Part shown: one piece after another, positions 51,810 through 59,954 of the stretch | Position numbering within the stretch: position 1 is the stretch's first letter | Layout: each line of letters starts with the position of its first letter | DNA from: Actinomycetota bacterium | GTDB taxonomy: Bacteria; Actinomycetota; Acidimicrobiia; IMCC26256; PALSA-610 | NCBI GenBank assembly: GCA_003134555.1 | Contig: PLBO01000131.1 | Location: forward strand, 37,272-101,271 | Direction of reading: 5' to 3' | DNA length: 64,000 nt | Position numbers and translations under genes: made by a program | The notes under the pieces: model-generated | Database searches by the model: none | Told to the model about the DNA's origin: nothing | The model's input: only the letters and a program-made list of their open reading frames with translations

Positions 51810-52370
51810 TCACGTGTGCAGCGAGATCGACGTGATCCCGAAGCTCGTGAGCGACGAGGTCACGCTGCAGTCGCCACCGCTGGCCGTCGAACGCAGGCCC
51901 TTGTTGAGCACGAAGGCCCCGGTGATCGTCTTGCCAGAGGCGAGGTTGCTGCCGCTGGTCGTGACCTTGCCCGAGATCGTGCCGGACGTTGTGTGCCCGG
52001 CCGTGCCAGTCACCGTGAAGTTCAACTTCGCGGTGCTCTTGCCCATGTTCGCGGGTGCGGTCCACGTAAGCGTTCCCGCGCCCTTCGCGGACGCACCGAC
52101 CATGCCACTGCAACGCACGGTGGGTGTCTGGCCCGAAGCCGAGAGGTTACCGCTGGTCACGAAACCGCCCGTGCACGCGAGTGCACTCTGGGAAACTGCA
52201 ACCGTCTGCGGCTTGCTCGTGGTGAGCAGGAAACCGGGACTCGCGGTCACCGTTCCCCCACCACCGCTACAGGCGAAACCGCCGCCGGAAGCTCCAGCTG
52301 AGCCCGCGGCAACAATGCCCACGGGTACCAATAACGCGGCCGCCATAGCGAGCCGCCCAAAAATGCGCAT
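51810..52370 (-). CDS. small secreted Gly/Thr/Ser-rich 4-Cys protein, unknown function
   Basis: In-frame ATG at 52370 (MRIFGRLAMAAALLVPVGIVAAGSAGA). 186 aa. Resembles the N-terminal domain of 39410..40369 (see findings). Confidence 0.6.
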   Translation of the reverse strand: MRIFGRLAMAAALLVPVGIVAAGSAGASGGGFACSGGGGTVTASPGFLLTTSKPQTVAVSQSALACTGGFVTSGNLSASGQTPTVRCSGMVGASAKGAGTLTWTAPANMGKSTAKLNFTVTGTAGHTTSGTISGKVTTSGSNLASGKTITGAFVLNKGLRSTASGGDCSVTSSLTSFGITSISLHT

Positions 52371-52621
52371 TCCCAACCCCCTGTGAGTATTCCATCCCGG
52401 ATGCCCCCCGTTGGGAGGTTGCCAGTTTTTACCTGACTGCGCCCCTGCGTGTCCACCACTGCAGCGACATCGGCGCACATCTCTTGTTGGTTTCTTGCCG
52501 AAACCGCGCTGGAAAGGGTGTCCAATCCCCATAAACGGACAATCACGGCGATGCGTTGCCACGCGTACCGTCCCTCGCATGGCACGGGGAGTGGAATGTC
52601 ACGGTTCCTTGACCGTGGCCC

Positions 52622-53491
52622 GTGCGGCAGGGTTTGCTATCTCCTCGGTCGAACAAGGGGCTGTCCGCGGTGCGGTTGGGATTTCGAAGGTTCGGAAGGG
52701 TGACCGACCAGTCCGCGCGCCGTCCGGCCGCCCCGGCCGCCGACGCCGTAGCCGAACGGGCGGAGCAGTTCTTCTTCGTGCACGTGATGAAGACCGGCGG
52801 AACGACCTTGTTTCGCCACATCACCAAGAACTTCGGTCGTGAAGCCGTGTTCCCTCGTCGCGAGGACCGCGCCTTTCCCGGCGACATGGGACCGAACAGC
52901 GACATCGCGTTCCTCCTCGCGCTTCCTCCCGAACGGCTGCGCAGTATCGGGCTGTTCACGGGCCACTTCCCATATGTCGTGTGCGAGCAGCTGAGCATCG
53001 ACCTCGTAACGGTGACCATGCTCCGCGATCCGGTTGCGCGGGTCATCTCGCACCTGAAGCACACGAACCGCGAACTTCCTCAATTCCGGGATCGGAGTCT
53101 CGAACAGATCTACGAGGACCCGATCGTTTTCCCGTGCTTCCTCGACAACCACCAGACGAAGGTCTTCGCGATGACCATCGACGATCCGCTGCGCGACATC
53201 ATGGATGTCGTCGCCATCGACGACGCGCGGCTCGCCATCGCGAAGGCGAACCTCGAGAAGGTCGACGTTATCGGCCTGACCGAACGTCACGCCGAGTTCC
53301 TCGACGAGTTGCAGGGTCGGTTCGGCTGGAGGTTCGGAGCACAGGGGGCCGAGAACGTCAGCGTCGAGGCGGGCGACGTGTCACCGGCGTTCCGGCGCCG
53401 GATCGAGCGCGACAATCGTTTCGACATCGAGCTGTACGCCCACGCGCAGCACTTGTTGGAGACGCGCCGGCGGGCCCGTTCGCGAACGTGA
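52622..53491 (+). CDS. sulfotransferase family protein (Sulfotransfer_2-like)
   Basis: 5'-PSB-like motif FFFVHVMKTGGTTLFRHI. The start is uncertain (GTG 52622, GTG 52670 or GTG 52700). The stop overlaps the next gene (GTGA). Confidence 0.7.
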   Translation: MRQGLLSPRSNKGLSAVRLGFRRFGRVTDQSARRPAAPAADAVAERAEQFFFVHVMKTGGTTLFRHITKNFGREAVFPRREDRAFPGDMGPNSDIAFLLALPPERLRSIGLFTGHFPYVVCEQLSIDLVTVTMLRDPVARVISHLKHTNRELPQFRDRSLEQIYEDPIVFPCFLDNHQTKVFAMTIDDPLRDIMDVVAIDDARLAIAKANLEKVDVIGLTERHAEFLDELQGRFGWRFGAQGAENVSVEAGDVSPAFRRRIERDNRFDIELYAHAQHLLETRRRARSRT

Positions 53492-54159
53492 GCGAAGACG
53501 TGTCACAAGCGAGCGAAACGAACGATGCTGGGAGTCGGGCGTTGAACGACGGCAAGCAACGCGGCGCAGGACCATCGCTGATCCAGGAGATCCGCGCCAA
53601 GCATCCACCCTTCCTCGAGGCACTCATCGCCGACGCCCGCTTGACGGCCGGCTACCGGGGCGAACGGGCGAAGTTCCGGTCGCGTGCCGACGCCCTCGTG
53701 CAAGCCGTGCGGCTGATGGTGGTCAGCGACGCCTTCCTCGGTCAGGCGCTGTATCGCGGGAAGGCTCGGCTCCAGCAGCTCGGAGTGCCGATCGTCCCGC
53801 GGATCCTGCATCGCCTGGCCATGGTTACGGCACAGATCTGCATCGGTGACCCCGTCGTCGTGCAACCGGGGATCTACATCGCTCACGGGCAGGTCGTCAT
53901 CGACGGCGTGGTGGAGATCGAGACCGGCGCGGTCTTCTTCCCCTGGATCACCGTCGGACTGCTCGCCGGCAACTTCAAGGGCGCGACGATCGGGCGCCAC
54001 GTACACGTCGGCACCGGTGCGAAGATCATCGGCCCGGTCACTATCGGCGCAAATGCACGCATAGGCGCGAATGCGGTGGTTCTCGACGACGTCCCGGCGC
54101 GCGCGACCGCGGTTGGCGCGCCGGCCCGTATCGTTCACAAGGCGGCGCCCGGCGCATAG
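53488..54159 (+). CDS. serine-acetyltransferase-like left-handed beta-helix (hexapeptide) acyltransferase
   Basis: In-frame GTG at 53488. Hexapeptide repeats: IGDPVVVQPGIYIAHGQVVIDGVVEIETGAVFFPWITVG...IGRHVHVGTGAKIIGPVTIGANARIGANAVVLDDVP. Confidence 0.78.
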   Translation: MSEDVSQASETNDAGSRALNDGKQRGAGPSLIQEIRAKHPPFLEALIADARLTAGYRGERAKFRSRADALVQAVRLMVVSDAFLGQALYRGKARLQQLGVPIVPRILHRLAMVTAQICIGDPVVVQPGIYIAHGQVVIDGVVEIETGAVFFPWITVGLLAGNFKGATIGRHVHVGTGAKIIGPVTIGANARIGANAVVLDDVPARATAVGAPARIVHKAAPGA

Positions 54160-54183
54160 CGCCGCAACCAGGAGGGTTTGATC

Positions 54184-55296
54184 ATGCGATTCCGACTTGG
54201 ACGGCGGGCCGAGGAAGACGCGGGCAGCGTACGAACGTTGGCGCCGCACGATGCCGACGGGGCACTCGAACTGGCCGCGACGCTCACCCGGGACGGCCGC
54301 GTGTTCGACGCGATCGAGATGCTGTCGGCGGCGAATCGCGTCTCGCGCGATCCCCGTGTCGAAACCCAATTGCTCGAATTGCGATACGACGCGATGTCAC
54401 AGATCGCCTGGGACCGGGAGCGCCCCAGCTGGCCTTCGGACGTCGAAGACCTCTTCCCCGGCGTCGAGGGCATTCCGGAGGTGCCGGCCGCCGATCTCAG
54501 CGCCGAGACGATCCGCAGCGGGATCGAGCACCATGGTTCCTTGCTGGTCCGGGGCCTCGTCCAGGGCGAGCGAGTAGCACAGCTCGTCGCCGACATCGAT
54601 CGCGTGTTCGCGGGGTACGACGCCCGAGCGCGCGGCGCGGCTGCGGAGGAGACCGCGCCGTGGTTCGCGCCGTTTGCCCAATATCCCGACTGGATCGCGC
54701 GGCGCTGGGCGCGTGACGGCGGGGGAGTGTTGACGGTCGACTCACCGCCGGCGATGTTCGATGTCATCGAGGCTTTCGAGGAATCGGGCCTGGGCGAGGT
54801 CGTGGGCGACTACCTCGGCGAGCGCCCCGTGCTCCTCGCGAAGAAGTGGACCCTGCGGCGGGTTCCGCACGACGCCGGCGTGGCCGACTGGCACCAGGAC
54901 GGCGCGTTCATGGGCCGCGACATCCGGGCGCTCAACGTCTGGCTGTCGTTGTCGCACTGCGGAGACGACGCGCCGGGTATCGATGTCGTGAGCCGCCGCC
55001 TCGACGACATCGCGCCGACCGGCGTCGAAGGCGCGCGCCTCAACTGGACCGTCGGTCCCGGGACCGTCGAGCGGCTGGCCGCGGGTCGCGTCGTGCGACC
55101 GATCTTCGGGCCGGGCGACGCGCTGCTCTTCGATCACATGATGTTGCATCGCACGGCCGTCGACGCGGGCATGACCCGTGATCGATACGCCATCGAGTCG
55201 TGGTTCCTGGCGCCGTCGACCTATGGCTCGATGAAAGCCGGAGGGGACAAGGACGACCCCACGCGCCCGCGCGACCAGTTGCCGGTGGTGTATTGA
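54184..55296 (+). CDS. phytanoyl-CoA dioxygenase (PhyH) family Fe(II)/2-oxoglutarate oxygenase, tentative
   Basis: ATG at 54184 with GGAGGG 7 nt upstream. HxD motif in ADWHQDGAF, distal His in LLFDHMMLHRT, and NVWLSL. Confidence 0.6.
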   Translation: MRFRLGRRAEEDAGSVRTLAPHDADGALELAATLTRDGRVFDAIEMLSAANRVSRDPRVETQLLELRYDAMSQIAWDRERPSWPSDVEDLFPGVEGIPEVPAADLSAETIRSGIEHHGSLLVRGLVQGERVAQLVADIDRVFAGYDARARGAAAEETAPWFAPFAQYPDWIARRWARDGGGVLTVDSPPAMFDVIEAFEESGLGEVVGDYLGERPVLLAKKWTLRRVPHDAGVADWHQDGAFMGRDIRALNVWLSLSHCGDDAPGIDVVSRRLDDIAPTGVEGARLNWTVGPGTVERLAAGRVVRPIFGPGDALLFDHMMLHRTAVDAGMTRDRYAIESWFLAPSTYGSMKAGGDKDDPTRPRDQLPVVY

Positions 55297-55316
55297 GAGT
55301 GGTCGAACATCAATAG

Positions 55317-56528
55317 CTACGCCGAAGGCGGGTCGGAGGTGTCTGCCGCGAAGCGCGGCGCACCGAGCCGTTCCAGTTCACGCCTCACGTTTTCGGCGGG
55401 ATCGAGGTCCTTCTTGGTCGGCGTTCGGATCCGTTCGTTTGGATCTGGGGTTTTCGTGGACGGTTTCGAGGCGCGCGAGCGCGCCTCGAAACCGTCCTTC
55501 AAGCGGAGGAACGGTCGCTCGATCAGGAACCACGACGCGAGGGTGAACGCGGCGGCCAAAGACAGCGCCAAGATCACGCGCATGCCTCCAGGGATGCCTC
55601 GGCCGTAGCGGAAGACGGCGGCAAAGACCGGGAAGTGCCAGAGGTACAACCCGTACGAGACCTTCCCCACCGCTCTGAGAGGTGCGAACTCGAACGGCTT
55701 CGCGAACCACCTGCATTCGAGGACGGCGAGAAGCACGGTCGCCGCACAGATGGCGACGATCGTGTAGCCACCTTTGAAGAAGAAGGGGTTGTTCGCGTTC
55801 ATTCGCAAGCACCACGCGAAAACGGCGGCCGCGCAGCAGCCGGCAACTCCGAGATACCGGGTCGGGGTCTTGCGGCGCACCCAGAGGATGGCGAGCAACG
55901 CACCGACGAGCAGGGAATCGGCGCGGGTATCGGTTCGGACGTACAGATACAGCCACGTCGTGCCGTCGGAGTACAGAACCGCGCGGTAAATCGCTATCGC
56001 GACGATGGCGACGGTAAGAACGGCGACCGCCGAGTACAGTCGCCGTCGCATCCCGAAGAAGAGCGCCAGAAGGACCGGCCACACAAGATAGAACTGTTCT
56101 TCGATCGCGAGTGACCACATGTGACCCAAGCCGGGCGGCGCGGCGGCATGGGCACCGCCGTAGACCGCTCTCCAGTTCGAGTAATAGAACACCATCGACC
56201 AAAGCGTTGCCGCGACAGGGCGGTCAAGGTGAGTGACCGCCGCGTATAGCGCGTAGGCGAATACGAGGGCGAGGAGCGCGGGAAACAGCCGAAGTGCGCG
56301 CCGGCGATAAAACGCGCCGAACCGCACCCCGCCCGCGTCGTTCTCGCGCAGCAATATCGCCGTAATCAAAAAACCCGACAAGACAAAAAAGATGTCGACG
56401 CCCAAGAACCCACGAGGCACATGACGACTCAACCGGGGATCGACGTCGGGGAGATGCACGACGACCACGAGCAGCACAGCGATCGCGCGCAGGCCATCGA
56501 GTGCCGGCGTGTGGCTCAGCCGCCTCAT
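55317..56528 (-). CDS. acyltransferase family 3 (membrane O-acyltransferase)
   Basis: In-frame ATG at 56528 (MRRLSHTPALDGLRAIAVLLVVVVHL...GFLGVDIFFVLSGFLITAILL). About 10 TM spans. Confidence 0.82.
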   Translation of the reverse strand: MRRLSHTPALDGLRAIAVLLVVVVHLPDVDPRLSRHVPRGFLGVDIFFVLSGFLITAILLRENDAGGVRFGAFYRRRALRLFPALLALVFAYALYAAVTHLDRPVAATLWSMVFYYSNWRAVYGGAHAAAPPGLGHMWSLAIEEQFYLVWPVLLALFFGMRRRLYSAVAVLTVAIVAIAIYRAVLYSDGTTWLYLYVRTDTRADSLLVGALLAILWVRRKTPTRYLGVAGCCAAAVFAWCLRMNANNPFFFKGGYTIVAICAATVLLAVLECRWFAKPFEFAPLRAVGKVSYGLYLWHFPVFAAVFRYGRGIPGGMRVILALSLAAAFTLASWFLIERPFLRLKDGFEARSRASKPSTKTPDPNERIRTPTKKDLDPAENVRRELERLGAPRFAADTSDPPSA

Positions 56529-56740
56529 TCCTTCGCTCGGCCTTCCCCGCATCCGACGAAGAGCCTCGCGCTCCGGGTGCCGCGATGACAACCCCGCGCG
56601 GTGTTCCAACCCGTGGCAGCAAACCGGACGAATACGGCCTTGTGCCAAACGGCGGTGTCCCGCGACGTGGCGGCCGGCGCCCGGCCTACGCTCTCGTCCG
56701 TGAACGAGCGACTGCACCCGTTTCGCCGAACCGCCACGGC

Positions 56741-57106
56741 GTGCTCGTGCGGTTAACCACGCCCTCCGAGCACGGCCGTTCGGTGATCGCCCTGCTGGTG
56801 GCCGTCGCGGTGACGCTCGGGCTGGCGGCCGGATTCACGATCGCGATCGAGTCGTTTCACGTCGGCAAGTACAACTGCGGCAGCGTCATCTCGCCGAACG
56901 ACCCTCGCGCCGGAACCACGACAAACGATCTCGCGCCGCTCTCTCTCGCGCACAACCAGTGCGAATCGCGACGATCCGACAAGCAGCGATCCGCAGCCGC
57001 GCTCGTGATCGCAAGCGCCGGGTTCGCGATCTTCTCGTTGACTGTGCCCCCGCTCTTTCGACGGGAACGACGCGCGATGAGGCGACGGCGGCGCGCTCGG
57101 TACTGA
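56741..57106 (+). CDS. small two-TM membrane protein, hypothetical
   Basis: In-frame GTG at 56741 in ORF 56501..57106. TM spans VIALLVAVAVTLGLAAGFTIAI and AAALVIASAGFAIFSLTV, then an Arg-rich tail. Confidence 0.4.
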   Translation: MLVRLTTPSEHGRSVIALLVAVAVTLGLAAGFTIAIESFHVGKYNCGSVISPNDPRAGTTTNDLAPLSLAHNQCESRRSDKQRSAAALVIASAGFAIFSLTVPPLFRRERRAMRRRRRARY

Positions 57107-57116
57107 GCCGGAGTTC

Positions 57117-58043
57117 TCAGCGTTTCAAGTATCGCTGGAAAAACGCGGTGATATCCGCACGGACCTGAACCCGAGTGGGCAACACGAACCCACGGCCGAC
57201 CGGGACGAGTCCATGGCCCGCATTCGAGACCATCTCGAGGGTCGACGGCACTCCGCTGGCTTGGAGCGTGTTGAAGAAGTCTTGTGACTGGTAGGGCTCG
57301 ACGACTTTGTCCGAAGCACCTTGGATGATGAGAAACGGTGGTGCGCTCGAGGTGACCCATGCGATTGGCGAGTACCACGTCATTGCGCTGAGGTCGGTCG
57401 TGCCGAAAACCGTGGGCAGATACGGAATGTCGACCGCGAGCGTGTCATCGAATTCAGCTGGACCCCATTCGTCAACGACCACTTGTGGTCGGCTCGACTG
57501 GTCGAGGTATTGACCGACGTCGAAGCCGGCCTGCGCCGGGGCGGTGGCCAGCAGGGAGACGAGCTGCCCTCCTGCACTGTCGCCCATTGCGCCGACTTTC
57601 TTCGGGTCGATGTTCAACTGCGTGGCATTGGCACGAAGGTAACGAACGGCGCAGGCGATGTCTTGAATCGGCGTCGGGAACTTGAACGCCGGAGCGAGCC
57701 GGTAGTCGACGGACGCGTACGCGATGCCGATCTTGTTGAGATCGGCCGCTTCGAAATTGCCACCGCTCGTTCGATCACCCTGCGTCCAACCACCGCCATG
57801 CACACGAAGCACGACCGGCCAGGGCCCGCGCGTCTTCGGCAGGTAGAGGTCCATCAACAACGACGTAGTGTGATCGCTGAAATCGGAATCGTTCGGTGTG
57901 CAGTAAGTCACCGTGCGAGCGGGCCGCACGACCGAGGGGGCGACGACGGGCTTCGTGGTGACGGTCGGGGCAGGCATACTCCGCGCGCATGCCCCGAGCA
58001 GAAGAAACGATGCTGCGATCAACGTGCGGGCCCGTCGGGTCAC
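57117..58043 (-). CDS. secreted alpha/beta hydrolase (esterase/lipase fold-3 type), lipoprotein
   Basis: Lipobox FLLLGACARS. Oxyanion HGGGW, DYRLAP and nucleophile elbow GDSAGG. The ATG overlaps the upstream stop (ATGA). Confidence 0.82.
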   Translation of the reverse strand: MTRRARTLIAASFLLLGACARSMPAPTVTTKPVVAPSVVRPARTVTYCTPNDSDFSDHTTSLLMDLYLPKTRGPWPVVLRVHGGGWTQGDRTSGGNFEAADLNKIGIAYASVDYRLAPAFKFPTPIQDIACAVRYLRANATQLNIDPKKVGAMGDSAGGQLVSLLATAPAQAGFDVGQYLDQSSRPQVVVDEWGPAEFDDTLAVDIPYLPTVFGTTDLSAMTWYSPIAWVTSSAPPFLIIQGASDKVVEPYQSQDFFNTLQASGVPSTLEMVSNAGHGLVPVGRGFVLPTRVQVRADITAFFQRYLKR

Positions 58044-59047
58044 GACTTCAGATACTTGGTAAAGAAACGGACGATTTCCGAGCTGATCTGAGCAGTCGTC
58101 GGAGAAGGGGTTCCACCGGCGCGCAACAACTCGTGGCCCGCATGCCGAACGAGTACGAGCACCGAGGGAACGCCCGCTGACGCGAGTGCATGGTCAAAAT
58201 CGATCGCCTGCTGCACGGGAACGACCTGATCCTGCTCACCGTGAATGATCATGAAGGGAGGCGCGCTCTTGGAGACGTGGTCGATCGGCGCGTACCTGTT
58301 CATCGAGGCGGGATCGTGTGTTCCCAACACGCCGTACGTGAGCGGAAGTTTCTTCAGCAGCTGCGGATCGAATCGCATGATCGCCGAGATGGTCACGACC
58401 GCTTGCAGGCGGCTCGACTCATTCGAATATTCCGAATCGGCGTGTGTAGCAGGAGCCCCGCCGGTCGCGATGAGCGCCACCAGCTGTCCGCCGGCGCTGT
58501 CTCCTATCCCACCGACGCGTCCAGGGTCGAGGCGCAACGTCCGCGCGTGTGCGCGAAGGAATCGGATCGCGCAGGCGACGTCGTCGACCGGCGCCGGGAA
58601 CTTGGCCGGCGCGAGCCGGTAATCGACCGAGGCGACGGCAAACCCCGCGGCGATCAGAGCCACGACTCCCACCGCACGGACGCCATCCGCGCGACCGCCT
58701 TCGATCCACGCGCCGCCATGAGCACGGACGACCACAGGGAACGGCCCCGCACCCGCAGGCACGAACAGGTCCAACAACAGCGGCGCCCCATTTGGCGTGC
58801 AGTAGCGGAGGGTCGTGAACTGAAGCCACCCTGCGAATGTCAGGATCCGGCCAACGGTCGGCTTCGGCGGTGCGGTAGTCGGAACAGGTGATGCCGCACC
58901 TGATCGCATTGCCGTCGACCCACATGCCGGAAGCAACGCAAGCGCGCACAGGACGGTCACGATCGCGCACACTTCTCTGAATGAGGTCGCGCGCGCGCGC
59001 CGATGACGAGGCGCCGGCGCTTCATGTTGTCGAAGCCCGTTGTGCAC
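58040..59047 (-). CDS. secreted alpha/beta hydrolase, tandem paralog of 57117..58043
   Basis: Lipobox LALLPACGST. Motifs: HGGAW, DYRLAP and GDSAGG. The N-terminal start is uncertain. Confidence 0.8.
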   Translation of the reverse strand: MHNGLRQHEAPAPRHRRARATSFREVCAIVTVLCALALLPACGSTAMRSGAASPVPTTAPPKPTVGRILTFAGWLQFTTLRYCTPNGAPLLLDLFVPAGAGPFPVVVRAHGGAWIEGGRADGVRAVGVVALIAAGFAVASVDYRLAPAKFPAPVDDVACAIRFLRAHARTLRLDPGRVGGIGDSAGGQLVALIATGGAPATHADSEYSNESSRLQAVVTISAIMRFDPQLLKKLPLTYGVLGTHDPASMNRYAPIDHVSKSAPPFMIIHGEQDQVVPVQQAIDFDHALASAGVPSVLVLVRHAGHELLRAGGTPSPTTAQISSEIVRFFTKYLKS

Positions 59048-59130
59048 TCGTTACTCTCGCTCAGCTCGGCACGATCGCAATGGACGCATAAGGATTGCAT
59101 GGCTATGCCGTTGCCGTTGGTCGCGGTGGC

Positions 59131-59952
59131 TCACGTGTCGGTTGGGCGCTCGTGTTCGTCGGCCGCCGGCTCTCTCGTCGCCCCACCCGAGGCAACATCG
59201 TCGGCGCTCCGGTCTGCGACGGGCTCATTTGCAACGCGCTGCTGTCGACGCAGAGTCAAGCCGTAGCGCAGCGTGTTATAACGCGTGAGCAGCCGTTCCT
59301 TGCGGCTCAGCGGTTCCTCGTGGATGAGGTCGGTGTGCGCCGCCCCCTCGAGCGCCTGTCGGAAGTCGATCCGGGATTTTGTCGGGCACAAGAACCACAA
59401 CGCCCGAAAGGTGTACTCGTAGTCGGTGGCGAAGCGCGGAAACTCGAGCAGGGTGTGCGGGATCTCGTGCTCCGCGAGTGCGTACATCAGCTCGTACAGC
59501 ATGATCGCCAACGCTTCTCGCTGTTTCGTCGCGCGCCAGGTCCCGAAGAGACCGCCACGTACGAAGATGTTGCGGCCGTACCTCGAGGCACGCACACGGC
59601 TCGCCGCCGCGATATCGAGCTTGCGGATCGGGATGATGACGTGGTCGATCTCGAGCTTGCCATCGGCGAGCAGGTCTCCGAGCCGGGTGCTCAGCGTCGG
59701 ATCCTTGATGACCCGTGGTGCCTGCGGATCGTCGATGTACCACCATTCGAGCCCACCGCGCGTGCGCCAGTCGACGCGGCTGACCTGTCCCGACCGGACG
59801 CCGGTGAACATGTCGAGACGAGTCAACATCTGCATGAGCAGCGTGGTGCCCGACCGGCCGGTACCGGTGATGATGATCTTGCCGCCGGGCACACGCCCGG
59901 CGCGCATGGGCCTCCGGGGATGATCGCCCGAGGGCGCTTCCGATTCGGGCAT
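59131..59952 (-). CDS. P-loop sulfotransferase-like protein
   Basis: In-frame ATG at 59952, 2 nt after the upstream stop. PAPS-binding-like loop: IIITGTGRSGTTLLMQML. The upstream part of ORF 59131..61065 is an out-of-frame shadow of the neighbouring gene. Confidence 0.6.
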   Translation of the reverse strand: MPESEAPSGDHPRRPMRAGRVPGGKIIITGTGRSGTTLLMQMLTRLDMFTGVRSGQVSRVDWRTRGGLEWWYIDDPQAPRVIKDPTLSTRLGDLLADGKLEIDHVIIPIRKLDIAAASRVRASRYGRNIFVRGGLFGTWRATKQREALAIMLYELMYALAEHEIPHTLLEFPRFATDYEYTFRALWFLCPTKSRIDFRQALEGAAHTDLIHEEPLSRKERLLTRYNTLRYGLTLRRQQRVANEPVADRSADDVASGGATREPAADEHERPTDT

Positions 59953-59954
59953 CG

